From contig JBKBRF010000026.1 of assembly GCA_046292385.1 (NCBI GenBank), positions 33,023 to 97,022 on the forward strand: a stretch of DNA of 64,000 nucleotides. The letters run 5' to 3'. The stretch comes from Armatimonadota bacterium (lineage in GTDB: Bacteria; Armatimonadota; SYMT01). Positions 8,832-18,418 of this stretch are shown here, piece by piece. The position numbers and the translations under genes are program-made. Position 1 is the first letter of the stretch. Each line of letters starts with the position of its first letter. The notes below the pieces were generated by a model, which worked only from the letters and a program-made list of their open reading frames with translations, was not told the DNA's origin and did not search any database.

Positions 8832-10385
8832 ATGATGAGCTGTCCGCTCCGCGCGCTGCCGGCGCTGCTGCTGGCCCTCGCTTCCGTCTCGCTGCTGCCC
8901 GGCTCGCCGCGCCCGGCGGCCGCACAGGGGAGCTTCCGGGTAGAGGTGTTCAATACCCGGCGGGAGCTTTCCGGAGAGCTCTGGGGCGCCGGGCAGTGGG
9001 TCGCCTTCGCCGTCGATGAGGAAGAGCGAGACCTGAACGGGGACAAGGACGTGGAAGACAGCGTCCTGCACCTCTTCAACATCCGCTCGCTCGATACCAC
9101 CAATACCGGGGTGGCGATCGACTACAGCCTGCAGGACGAGGAGGAGAACTGGGCGGTCGCCGTGTCGGACAATCTCATCGCGCTGCAGGTTTCGGAGCTG
9201 GATAACGGCGGGCGAGACATGAACGGCAACGGCACGGCGGAAGACAACGTCCTCTGCGTCTACAACCCGCTCAGCAAGCAGCTCACCTCCCTGGGGGTGA
9301 TGGGGGGCCAGCCGCGCTTCCTGAACGGAAAGCTCTACTTCGTGCGGCCGGAGGCGGATGCGAAGAAGGACTTGAACGGCGACGGAGACATGCAGGACGC
9401 GGTGCTCTGCAGCTACGATCCGGCGACTCGGCAGATCGACAGCCTGGGCATGGAAGCGGCGAACGGTTACCAGGTGGCGGGCGACTGGATCGCGGTCGCC
9501 GCCAGCGAGGCGGGGCAGTTCGCGCGGGACCAGAACCTCGACAACGACGTCTCCGACGTGATCGCGCACCTCTACCAGGTCTCTACCAAGAAGTGGACGA
9601 GCACCGCCTGGGACTGCTCCTACGGCATGGCGCTCACGCCGAAGCTGCTGGCGGTGGGCGTGGAAGAGCAGCGGCAGGGCAACCGGGACCTGAACGCAGA
9701 CAAGGACTCCCAGGACGTGGTGGCCCACGTCTGGAACCTGGCCGCGGGGACCGGGATGAGCCTGGCGCGCGACTGCAGCGGAGACCTGGTGGCGGATGAC
9801 GACCTGGTCGGCTTCATCACCCTGGAGGAGGCGCAGGGCAACCAGGACCTCAACGGTGACAAGGATACCGACGACGAGGTCGCTTCGTCCTACGTGCTCG
9901 GCGCCGCCGGTCCCACCAACCTCACGCGAGACGCCTCCGGCGGGATCGCGATCGGCGGCGGCAAGCTCGCCTTTGCCTGCTCCGAAGCGGACCAGGCCAA
10001 CCGGGACCTGAACAACGACCGCGATACGGACGACTACGTGCTGATGATCTACGATCCGGCGAAGAACCACATCAGCAACTCCGGCTGGGCGGTCGACGCG
10101 GTGCTGGAAGCGAAGGAAGGCTACCTCGCCTGGACGGTGCTGGAAGAGGACCAGAAGGGCCAGGACCTGAACCGCGACCGCGACGTGGAGGATAGCATCC
10201 TGTTCGCCATGGACCTGCGGACGCTCAACATAGCCCCGACGAGTACCGCCGCGACCGACTACGTCGCCATCACCAGCGAGGGGATCGCCTTCGGGACGCC
10301 GGAGTTTGACCAGGGCAACCGGGACCTGAACATGGACGGCGACACCGAAGACGAGATCGTGCAGGTGGCGCGCTTCAAGAAGTGA
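8832..10385 (+). CDS. secreted repeat protein with nine DLNGDGD-type Ca-binding loops (probable beta-propeller)
   Basis: Signal peptide; about 55-aa repeats, each containing D(L/M/Q)NxDxD. Confidence 0.8.
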   Translation: MMSCPLRALPALLLALASVSLLPGSPRPAAAQGSFRVEVFNTRRELSGELWGAGQWVAFAVDEEERDLNGDKDVEDSVLHLFNIRSLDTTNTGVAIDYSLQDEEENWAVAVSDNLIALQVSELDNGGRDMNGNGTAEDNVLCVYNPLSKQLTSLGVMGGQPRFLNGKLYFVRPEADAKKDLNGDGDMQDAVLCSYDPATRQIDSLGMEAANGYQVAGDWIAVAASEAGQFARDQNLDNDVSDVIAHLYQVSTKKWTSTAWDCSYGMALTPKLLAVGVEEQRQGNRDLNADKDSQDVVAHVWNLAAGTGMSLARDCSGDLVADDDLVGFITLEEAQGNQDLNGDKDTDDEVASSYVLGAAGPTNLTRDASGGIAIGGGKLAFACSEADQANRDLNNDRDTDDYVLMIYDPAKNHISNSGWAVDAVLEAKEGYLAWTVLEEDQKGQDLNRDRDVEDSILFAMDLRTLNIAPTSTAATDYVAITSEGIAFGTPEFDQGNRDLNMDGDTEDEIVQVARFKK

Positions 10386-10408
10386 CGCCTCACCCTCTCA
10401 GACACGCG

Positions 10409-10452
10409 AAGAGGAGCCGCCGGCCGTGATAGGCTGGCGGCTCCTCTTGTTG
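10409..10452. terminator. bidirectional hairpin terminator
   Basis: AAGAGGAGCCGCC...GGCGGCTCCTCTT between convergent genes. Confidence 0.75.
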
Positions 10453-10474
10453 CTGTGGGGGACTGGATGCGGTG

Positions 10475-10717
10475 TCAGGCGCCGACGATGTCCCCCTCTA
10501 CGGGGGCTACCTGCACTCCCTGCTCGCGCAGGTAGTTGACGCCGCCTTCCAGCGCCGTCTCGTCACCTTCCAGCTCCACCACCATCTCCGCCACCGAGTC
10601 GGTCACCCGCGCCCGACGGATGTTCGGCATCACGTCGAACTGCTTGACCATGCGGAAGAGCAGCGGCTCCCGGATGAGCTGCTCCGGATACGTCAGCGTG
10701 ACCTTGCGTGTCGCCAT
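10475..10717 (-). CDS. NIL-domain protein
   Basis: LTYP...EPLL...FDVMPNIRRA...VELEG...YLREQGVQV pattern. Confidence 0.85.
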   Translation of the reverse strand: MATRKVTLTYPEQLIREPLLFRMVKQFDVMPNIRRARVTDSVAEMVVELEGDETALEGGVNYLREQGVQVAPVEGDIVGA

Positions 10718-10811
10718 CGTCTGGATCTCCCGATCTGCGGTCCGTCGCCAATCGTCGGTCCCGGCCGCCGCCGCCGGCGTCCGGGGCAAGAGCCTCTCGG
10801 AACCGGTCTGC

Positions 10812-11090
10812 TTACCGGCCGCCGGCCACGGCGGGCACGATGGAGAGCTCGTCCCCGTCTTTCACGGGGGTCTCCTCGTTCTGCGCGAAGCGGATGTCCT
10901 CGCTGTTCACGTACACGTTCGCGAAGCGCCGCAGGTTGCCGTTGGCGTCGCACAGCCGCTCCTTGATGCCGGGGAACTGCTGCTCCAGGCTATTGATCAC
11001 TTCCCGCACCGTGCCGCCGTCGGCCTGCAGCTCCGCCTGGCCGTTGGTCATCTTCTGCAGCGGCGTCGGGATCAGTACCGTTACTGCCAT
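10812..11090 (-). CDS. MoaD/ThiS/CysO-family sulfur carrier
   Basis: Beta-grasp motifs IPTPL, NVYVNSEDIR, DGDELSIVPAVAGG-R. Confidence 0.92.
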   Translation of the reverse strand: MAVTVLIPTPLQKMTNGQAELQADGGTVREVINSLEQQFPGIKERLCDANGNLRRFANVYVNSEDIRFAQNEETPVKDGDELSIVPAVAGGR

Positions 11091-11231
11091 GTCGTGGATT
11101 CTCTCCTACCCATTCAGGGTGTAGCGGTTAGAGGGTAGCGTGTAGGGCTTCCGAGGGGCGGCTGCGCCATCCGGACCTGGCTCCTACTCCTACTCCTACT
11201 CGTTCTCACACTCTTGATCGAGGGCTGCCTC

Positions 11232-12491
11232 TTACGCGGCCGCACCCCCGGCGCCGGCCAGGACGCGCTCCTCGAAGCTGCTGAGCGTCGGCGCGATCGT
11301 GGTGGGAGCGCCGATGCGGTCTTTCACCGCCTCCAGCGTCTTGAGGCCGTTCCCGGTGATGCAGACCACCGTGGAGCCGTCCGGATCGATCTTGCCCTGC
11401 TCGATCAGCTTCTTCGCCACCGCCAGCGTGGTGCCGCCCGCGGTCTCCGTCCAGATCCCCTCCGTGCGGGCGAGGAGCTGGATGGCGGCGATGATCTCGT
11501 CGTTGCTCGCCATCTCCGCCCAGCCGCCGCTCTCCTTCACGGCGTGGACCACGTACGGCCCGTCCGCGGGGTTCCCGATGCGGAGGGAGGTATCGACGCT
11601 CTCGCTCACCGGGCGCGGCTTCACCGGCCGGATGATGTCGGTCTCCTGGTGGATCGCCTGCACCACCGGCGCGCACGCCTCCGCCTGCGCGGCGAAGACC
11701 CGCGTGGTCACTTCCGGGATCAGCCCCAGGTTCTGGAGCTCCTGCAAGCCGCGCCAGATCTTCGGCAGGATGGTGCCGCCGGCCACCGGGCAGACCAGGT
11801 GGTCCGGCGTGCGCCAGCCGAGCTGCTCCGCGATCTCGAAGCCGTAGGTCTTGGCGCCCTCGGTGTAGTAGGGCCGCATGTTCACATTGACGAACGCCCA
11901 CCGGTACTTGCTGGCGATCTCGCTGCAGAGCCGATTGACGTCGTCGTAGTTCCCTTCTACGGCCACCAGGTTCGGCTGGTAGATGAGTGAGCCGACTACC
12001 TTACCCGGCTCCAGGTCGTTCGGAATGAAGATGAACCGCTTCAGGCCGGCCTTCGCCCCATGCGCCGACACCGAATTGGCGAGGTTCCCGGTGGAAGCGC
12101 ATCCCACTGTATCGAACCCCAGCTCCTTCGCCTTGGAGAGGGCGACCGGCACCACGCGGTCCTTGTAGGACAGCGTGGGGAAGTTCACCCCGTCGTTCTT
12201 CACCCACAGCTCCCGCACGCCCAGCTCCCGCGCCAGGTTATCGGCGCGCACGAGCGGCGTGAAGCCGGACATCAGCCCATCGGTCGGGTCGCCGTCCAGG
12301 GGGAGCAGCTCGCGGTACCGCCAGAGGTTGCGAGGCCGGGACATGATTACGTCCTGCGAGATCCGCCCGGACATGCGCTCGTAGTCGTACGCGACTTCGA
12401 GCGGTCCGAAACAGAACTCGCAGACGTAAGTGGCCTCCTTCGGGTACTCGCGTCCACACTCCTTACACTTCAGCCCCAGGACCAGCGACAT
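11232..12491 (-). CDS. thrC: threonine synthase-like PLP enzyme
   Basis: N-terminal CxxC...CxxC; PTLSYKDR, CASTGN, NMRPYYTEGAKT, ITGNGLK motifs; GGGAGG RBS. Confidence 0.85.
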   Translation of the reverse strand: MSLVLGLKCKECGREYPKEATYVCEFCFGPLEVAYDYERMSGRISQDVIMSRPRNLWRYRELLPLDGDPTDGLMSGFTPLVRADNLARELGVRELWVKNDGVNFPTLSYKDRVVPVALSKAKELGFDTVGCASTGNLANSVSAHGAKAGLKRFIFIPNDLEPGKVVGSLIYQPNLVAVEGNYDDVNRLCSEIASKYRWAFVNVNMRPYYTEGAKTYGFEIAEQLGWRTPDHLVCPVAGGTILPKIWRGLQELQNLGLIPEVTTRVFAAQAEACAPVVQAIHQETDIIRPVKPRPVSESVDTSLRIGNPADGPYVVHAVKESGGWAEMASNDEIIAAIQLLARTEGIWTETAGGTTLAVAKKLIEQGKIDPDGSTVVCITGNGLKTLEAVKDRIGAPTTIAPTLSSFEERVLAGAGGAAA

Positions 12492-12734
12492 CCTGACCTC
12501 CCGTCCGGCGCGGCCGGACACTCACAGACAACGTAGGGATTACGAGCCGATCCCCTCCGCGAGAGCAGCCTGCAGCTACCCGGTGGGATCGGCTCCGGAC
12601 CCGGCGGGGCGTGCCGGGCCGTGCTAACATTCTTATCACCAATGCCTGAAGGCCGACCCGCGCCTCCCCCGCTCCGCCACCCCGAGGCGGCCGGCGCCGC
12701 TCCGGCCGACCGCCGACCCTGGGGGACTGGATCC

Positions 12735-13913
12735 GTGGAGCCCGAGCTGCACCTGGAGACGCTGTGCGCGACCGCGCGGGAAGACGTGCCGAGCGAGTCC
12801 CGCCCGCTGGTGGCGCCGATCTACCAGAGCGCGGTCTGGGCCCTCGACTCGCCGGAGCAGTGCGAGGCGATCTACCAGGGGGAGACGCCGGGCTACATCT
12901 ACACCCGCGACGCCAACCCGAACCACACCGCCCTCGAGGGGGTGATCGCGTCGCTGGAGCGGGCGGAGGCGGCGGTGGTGTTCGGCTCCGGCATGGCGGC
13001 CCTGGCCGCCCCGCTTACCGCGCTCTCCCGCGCCGGCGGGCGGGTGGTCGCCGCGCGCCAGCTCTACGGCGCCACCGCGCGGCTGCTGGACGGGGAGCTC
13101 TCCCGGTTCGGCGTGACGACCGAGTGGGTCGACATGACCCGCCTCTCCCACGTGGAGGCGGCACTCCAGGGCGGCGCCGACCTGCTGCTGGTGGAGACCC
13201 TGGCGAACCCGCTGGTGGAGGTGGCCGATCTCCCCCGCCTGGCGCGGATCTGCCGCCAGACCGGCACGCTGCTGGCGGTCGACAACACCTTCGCCTCTCC
13301 CGCCTGCTGCCGGCCACTGGAGCGGGGGGCGGATCTGGTGTTGCACAGTGTCACCAGTTTTTGGGGAGGCCACAGCGACGTCACGCTCGGCGCCGCGGCC
13401 GGCCGCGCGGAGCTGATGGAGAAGCTGCGCCGGCAGGCGCGCCTCTTCGGCGGCGCCGCCAACCCGTTCGAGTGCTGGCTGGCGCTGCGGGGCGTGACCA
13501 CCTTTCCCCTGCGGATGGAGCGAAGCTGCGCCAACGCCCTGGAGCTGGCCCAGCGGCTGGAGGCGCACCCGCGGGTGCGGCGGACCTTCTACCCGGGCCT
13601 CCCGTCTCACTCGCAGCACCGGCTGGCGGAGGCGCTACTGGATTCTTACGGCGCCATGCTCGCCTTCGAGCTGGAAACGGCGGACGACGCCCGCGAGCTC
13701 CTGCGGCGCCTCCGGCACGTCCGCTTCGCCCCGAGCCTGGGGGACGTGGCGACCACCATCTCCTACCCCGTCGCCACCTCCCACCGCGGCTTCGCTCCCG
13801 AAGAGCTCGCCGCCCTCGGCATCACCCCCGCCGTGCTGCGCCTCTCCGTCGGCATCGACCACGTAGACGACGTCTGGGCGGATCTTCTTGAGGGCATAGG
13901 GTCTAGGGGATAG
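12735..13913 (+). CDS. Cys/Met metabolism PLP enzyme (cystathionine gamma-synthase/MetZ-like)
   Basis: YTRDANP, SGMAA, ETLANP, VDNTFASP, GGHSD, SLG, RLSVGI motifs; PLP lysine reads as S in this sequence; start uncertain. Confidence 0.85.
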   Translation: MEPELHLETLCATAREDVPSESRPLVAPIYQSAVWALDSPEQCEAIYQGETPGYIYTRDANPNHTALEGVIASLERAEAAVVFGSGMAALAAPLTALSRAGGRVVAARQLYGATARLLDGELSRFGVTTEWVDMTRLSHVEAALQGGADLLLVETLANPLVEVADLPRLARICRQTGTLLAVDNTFASPACCRPLERGADLVLHSVTSFWGGHSDVTLGAAAGRAELMEKLRRQARLFGGAANPFECWLALRGVTTFPLRMERSCANALELAQRLEAHPRVRRTFYPGLPSHSQHRLAEALLDSYGAMLAFELETADDARELLRRLRHVRFAPSLGDVATTISYPVATSHRGFAPEELAALGITPAVLRLSVGIDHVDDVWADLLEGIGSRG

Positions 13914-13932
13914 GGTTTAGTCCAGGCGAGCG

Positions 13933-13981
13933 CTGAGCCCGGAGGCGGGCTTCGCGCTCTGTAACCTCGACTTTAGTCCGA
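13933..13981. repeat. REP-like element
   Basis: AGCCCG..GCGGGCTTCGC...CCTCGACTTTAGTCCG; reverse-complement copy at 58521-58571. Confidence 0.75.
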
Positions 13982-14052
13982 TGTCACAGCGCGGCTCGCC
14001 GCACGGCCGACCACACCCTAAACCCTAAACCCTATCCCCTAGACCCTGGAAC

Positions 14053-14814
14053 CTATCCCCTTCCCACTCGCTTCATCACCTCGGGGCGGGCTGCGTCGAG
14101 CCGCTTCTCGGAGACGCCGAGGGCGCGGAGGGCGGTGCGTGCCATCAACTCGTCGCCGGCGGGGGCCAGGTGGACCTGGTCCGAGGTGAGCTTGCCGCCG
14201 CCGGACTGGCGGCTGCGGGCCCACGCGTCCATAAAGGCGGCGTTCTGGTCCGCCAGCGTCACGTCGTGCTGCTTCGCCAGGCGGCGGAGCGCGTCGTTGT
14301 AGGAGGCGATGCGGAGGTTGCGGATGCTCTCCGGCTCGTCCTCGAAGATGGTGGTGGTGAAGAGCACCACCTTCGCGCCCGCGTCTTTGGCGCGGCGGAT
14401 CATCTCCTCCACGTTCCGCTCGTAATCGGCGAGCGGGATACGGCGCGGGCCGTAGCCGGCGGGATGCTCGGGCGTGAAGCCGTGCCAGACGTCATTGATG
14501 CCGACGCTGATCGTCACCACGTCCGGCTTGCGGTCCAGGACGTCCTTCTGGAACCGGGCCAGCATGTCGTTGCTCTTGTGGCCGCTGATGCCGGCGTTCA
14601 CGATCTCGATCTTGCGCTGGGGGTAAAGGACCTGGAGGTAGTGGTCGATCAGCCAGACGTAGCCGCCCGGCCGGGCGCCGCCCTGCGTGATGCTGTCGCC
14701 CAGGGTGACGATGCGGTCTACCTTCTTCAGGTCGATCTCCTGGGCCGCCGCGGCGGGCAGGGCGGCGGCGAGGCACGCCGCGGCGCCGCTGAGGAGAAGA
14801 GTGCGTCTGTCCAT
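14053..14814 (-). CDS. SGNH/GDSL hydrolase
   Basis: LGDSIT, NAGISG, GIND, DQVH blocks; RR-containing signal peptide. Confidence 0.92.
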   Translation of the reverse strand: MDRRTLLLSGAAACLAAALPAAAAQEIDLKKVDRIVTLGDSITQGGARPGGYVWLIDHYLQVLYPQRKIEIVNAGISGHKSNDMLARFQKDVLDRKPDVVTISVGINDVWHGFTPEHPAGYGPRRIPLADYERNVEEMIRRAKDAGAKVVLFTTTIFEDEPESIRNLRIASYNDALRRLAKQHDVTLADQNAAFMDAWARSRQSGGGKLTSDQVHLAPAGDELMARTALRALGVSEKRLDAARPEVMKRVGRG

Positions 14815-15182
14815 CAAGCTTCCTTCGCTAGAGATCCGGTGCTGAAAGTCTGGAGCGGGCGGAGAGAGCCGCCCCTGCGCATGTCGGGCGCGGGGGCGGC
14901 GGCTTCCTCCTTCGGTGGGGCCGCCTGCCGCATGCGGCGAACACGGGTCTTGGGCCAGGGGAACCGCTTCAGAACAGAAGCTGCGGCAGGTTTATGGGAC
15001 GCCGCGGCGAGGGCAGCTTGGGGTGCGCCGCCGGGGAGGCCGGGCTGTCGGGCTCCCGGTGCGGCAGAGTAGCCTCACCCCTCCTGTCGGCGGCCTCGCG
15101 AGGGTTGCCCACCCGTGTCTCCACCTCGTGGGGCCGCCGACTCTTTTCCGATCGGCCGCGCCGGCTCCGGGCCGGGCGACGA

Positions 15183-15506
15183 TTATTCGTCGTCGGTCTG
15201 CGGATCGTAGCGGGCGCAGAAGTCGTCGATCACCTCTCGCCAGCAGGCGACGAGGGACGGCGCCCACGGCTCACCGTCGATCAGCCGCTGCTCGGCGTGG
15301 ATCAAGCCGCGCAGCAGCACCGCGTATCCCAGCGCGACCTTGTCCCGCGCCACCCACTCGCGGGCATCGGCCACGCGCATCGCCAGGATGCGGATCTCCT
15401 CGTCGGGAATGGCCGACCGTCCGGCCCGGGCCGTCTCCCGGTCGAGACCACTCCCCACTAGAGTCCCGCTCCGCGCTCCTCCCTCTGCCTCATATCTCCT
15501 CATCAT
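15183..15506 (-). CDS. hypothetical protein
   Basis: 107-aa ORF with ATG and GGAAGG upstream; fills the spacer. Confidence 0.55.
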   Translation of the reverse strand: MMRRYEAEGGARSGTLVGSGLDRETARAGRSAIPDEEIRILAMRVADAREWVARDKVALGYAVLLRGLIHAEQRLIDGEPWAPSLVACWREVIDDFCARYDPQTDDE

Positions 15507-15613
15507 GTACCTTCCGCCATGCCATCTCGCCGGTGCCGACGGTATGTACTCCCCGAGGAGTTACGGTAGCAAACCCTCCGGAGCTGCGAGTGCGGGGAGA
15601 AAGGGAGAGTGGG

Positions 15614-18244
15614 CTAGGTTTCGCTGGGGAAGAGGGTGCGGCGGAGGCGCTCCGGGTCGACCGGCTTCACGAGGTGCAGGTCGATGCCCGCCTCCTGCGA
15701 CTGGCGGCGGTCTTCCGCCTGACCGTAGCCGGTCAGGGCGACGAGACGGGTGCGATGCATGCCGGGGAGGCGGCGGAGGCGGCGGGCCACCTCGTAGCCG
15801 TCGATCCCCGGCAGCCCGATGTCGAGGAGCACCAGGTCGAACGGGAGCTCTTCTGCTGCCGCCACGGCGGAGGGGCCGTCCCGCACCACCCGCACCGCTA
15901 CGTTCCAGAGCGTCAGGATCTCGGCCAGCGTCTCGGCGGCGTCCGGGTTGTCCTCCACCACCAGCACCCGCAGCGCCGCGTGAGATTCCGGCGCGCGGCT
16001 CTCCGCCTCCGCTGCCCCTGCTGCCTGCGGCGGGTGCTGGTCCGGCAGCAGCGGCAGGCGGACTACGAACTCGCTCCCCGCCCCGATTCCCTGGCTGAAG
16101 GCCCGGACCGTTCCGCCGTGCAGCTCCACCAGCCGGTGCACGAGCGTGAGACCGATCCCCAGCCCGCCGGGGGCGCGGTCCAGTTTCTGCTCCGCCTGGA
16201 TGAACAGCTCGAAGATGTGGGGAAGCAGCTCCGGCGCGATGCCGATGCCGTTGTCGCGCACGCGGAGCACCACCTGTGCATCGTCGCGGGTCACCGCCAG
16301 GGAGATGTGGCCGCCCGGGTCGGTGTACTTTGCCGCGTTGTTAAGCAGGTTGTTCACCACCTGCTCCAGGCGAGTCGGGTCTCCCAGAACCCAGATCGGC
16401 TCCGCCGGTAGGGTGCCGGAGAGCTCGTGGAGGCGGGTCTGGATGAACGGGCGGGTCGTCTCGATCGCTTGCCGGATCACCGCAGCGAAGTCGACCGGCT
16501 CCCGGCGCAGCTCGATCTTTCCGTGGGTGATGCGGGAGAGGTCGAGCAGGTCGTCGACCATCCGGGAGAGGTGCTCGGTCTGGCGGCGAATCACGCCGCG
16601 GAGCCGGGGACGCTGCTCGTCCGCCACGGGGATCTGGTCGAGCACGTAGGTAGCGTTGGCAATGCCGGCGAGCGGGTTGCGCAGCTCGTGCGCGAGGGTG
16701 GCGAGGAACTCGTCCTTACGGCGGTCGGCCTCCTCCAGCGCCAGCGCGCGCCGCTCCAGCTCCTGGGAGAGCCGGACCCGCTCCAGGGCGGCGGCGACCT
16801 GATCGCAGACCGTGCCGAGCAGCTCCAGGTCTTCCGGGGTAAAAGCCGGCTTGCGGGAAGTTCCGAACGAGAGCGTGCCGATCAGGCGCTCCGCGGCGAT
16901 AAGCGGGTGACAGGCGTAGGCGGTGAGGCCGAGATCCCGCATCAGCTCCGTTTCGGGACGCAAGTCACTCCTCAGACCGGAGAGCACGCTCGCCTTCCGG
17001 CTGCGAGCCACGGTGCCGCAGACCGCCTCTCCGAACCGCAGCCGCTTCAACCGGGAGACCATCTCCTCCGGGAGACCCCGGTGGGCCTCTAACTCCAGCG
17101 CGTCACCCTGCTCCGCGACGGCGTAGTGGAGGTAGAGCTCCACGCCCAGGTGAGCTGCCAGCCGCGGGAAAAGACGGTCGAGGAACTGATGCGGCTCGTC
17201 CGAGAGCAGCAGCCCGTTCGCCGCCTCGGAGAGCAGGTGGAGGCGGTCGAGGCGCCGCTCTCCTTCTTCGTAGAGCCGGGCGCGCTCGATGCCGCGGGCG
17301 GCGCGCTCCGCCACCAGCTCCAGGAGATGCACCGCTTCCGGGCTGATCGGCCCCGGCTGAAAGCAGCCGACGTGCAGCACGCCCAGGATCTCCTCTCCGA
17401 CTCGCAGCGGCACACCGCTGAGCGAGCGAATGCCGGACTCCCGCAGGATCTGGCTGTGGACCGGAAAGCTCCGCAGGTCCTCCACCAGGAGCGGCCGGCC
17501 TTCCGCGGCGATCCGGCCGGCGAAGCCCGCCCCGAGCGGGACGCGCACTCCCTGTTCCACTTCGGCTTCGAGGCCCCGCGCTGCCCGCACCACCAGCTCG
17601 TCGCCCTCGAGGAGAAGGACCGCGGCCGCGTCTACGTGGAGCGCGCCCTGGATGCGGAGCAGCAGCTCCTCCAGCAACTCGTCCACGCCGAGGTGGTCGA
17701 GCGCGATGTCGGTCACCAGCTGGAGACGGCGGTACTCCTCGATGCTCCGCTCCGCCTCCGCGCGAGCGTGCCGCTCGCTCGCCAGCAGGCGGTCGCGCTC
17801 CTCTTCCACGCACCGGCGCCGGGTGGCGTCGCGGAAGACCTTGGCGAAGCGATACGGCCGCTCCCCGCGGTTCGCGAGCATCACTCCGGAAGCGAAGTAC
17901 CGGCTGCCGTCTTTGCGGAGCTGCCAGCGCTCGTCCGGCGCGCGGCCGGTGCGGTCCGCCTCAGCCATCTCCCACTGGGGGACCCCGGCGGCGCGGTCCT
18001 CCGGCGTGAAAAGCAGGGACACGTGGCGGCCGAGGGTGTCCGCGGCGGTAAAGCCGGTGACCTGCTCGGCTCCCGGAGACCAGGAGAGGATCAGGCCGTC
18101 CGCGTCGAGCGTCAGGATCGCGTAGTCGCGGGCGCTCTCGATCAGAATCTCGAGATCGCGCTGTGCATCGAGCGACGCAGCAGCTTCCCTGGATAGTGCT
18201 TCCCGACTAGTTGACACGCCCTGCGCGCGCTCGTCTTCCCCCAC
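15614..18244 (-). CDS. hybrid sensor histidine kinase (PAS-GAF-GAF-HisKA-HATPase-REC)
   Basis: RKDGSR PAS, LAHELRNPL, NNAAKYT, DNGIG, GLGIGL, DIGLP, KP motifs; start uncertain. Confidence 0.92.
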   Translation of the reverse strand: MGEDERAQGVSTSREALSREAAASLDAQRDLEILIESARDYAILTLDADGLILSWSPGAEQVTGFTAADTLGRHVSLLFTPEDRAAGVPQWEMAEADRTGRAPDERWQLRKDGSRYFASGVMLANRGERPYRFAKVFRDATRRRCVEEERDRLLASERHARAEAERSIEEYRRLQLVTDIALDHLGVDELLEELLLRIQGALHVDAAAVLLLEGDELVVRAARGLEAEVEQGVRVPLGAGFAGRIAAEGRPLLVEDLRSFPVHSQILRESGIRSLSGVPLRVGEEILGVLHVGCFQPGPISPEAVHLLELVAERAARGIERARLYEEGERRLDRLHLLSEAANGLLLSDEPHQFLDRLFPRLAAHLGVELYLHYAVAEQGDALELEAHRGLPEEMVSRLKRLRFGEAVCGTVARSRKASVLSGLRSDLRPETELMRDLGLTAYACHPLIAAERLIGTLSFGTSRKPAFTPEDLELLGTVCDQVAAALERVRLSQELERRALALEEADRRKDEFLATLAHELRNPLAGIANATYVLDQIPVADEQRPRLRGVIRRQTEHLSRMVDDLLDLSRITHGKIELRREPVDFAAVIRQAIETTRPFIQTRLHELSGTLPAEPIWVLGDPTRLEQVVNNLLNNAAKYTDPGGHISLAVTRDDAQVVLRVRDNGIGIAPELLPHIFELFIQAEQKLDRAPGGLGIGLTLVHRLVELHGGTVRAFSQGIGAGSEFVVRLPLLPDQHPPQAAGAAEAESRAPESHAALRVLVVEDNPDAAETLAEILTLWNVAVRVVRDGPSAVAAAEELPFDLVLLDIGLPGIDGYEVARRLRRLPGMHRTRLVALTGYGQAEDRRQSQEAGIDLHLVKPVDPERLRRTLFPSET

Positions 18245-18418
18245 GCCCAGCACCTCCAGGCGAGTATCTACCCCCTGCGGAGGCGGCGTAACCCGGTCAA
18301 CGAACTGAGTGGGAAGGAGGCTTGTTGCAGGTTGCAGGTTGCAGGTTGGCAGGTCTTGAGCCCTATCCCACGTTAGCAAGTCCGCTAACCGGAACCTGGA
18401 ACCTGCAACCGGGGCTCG

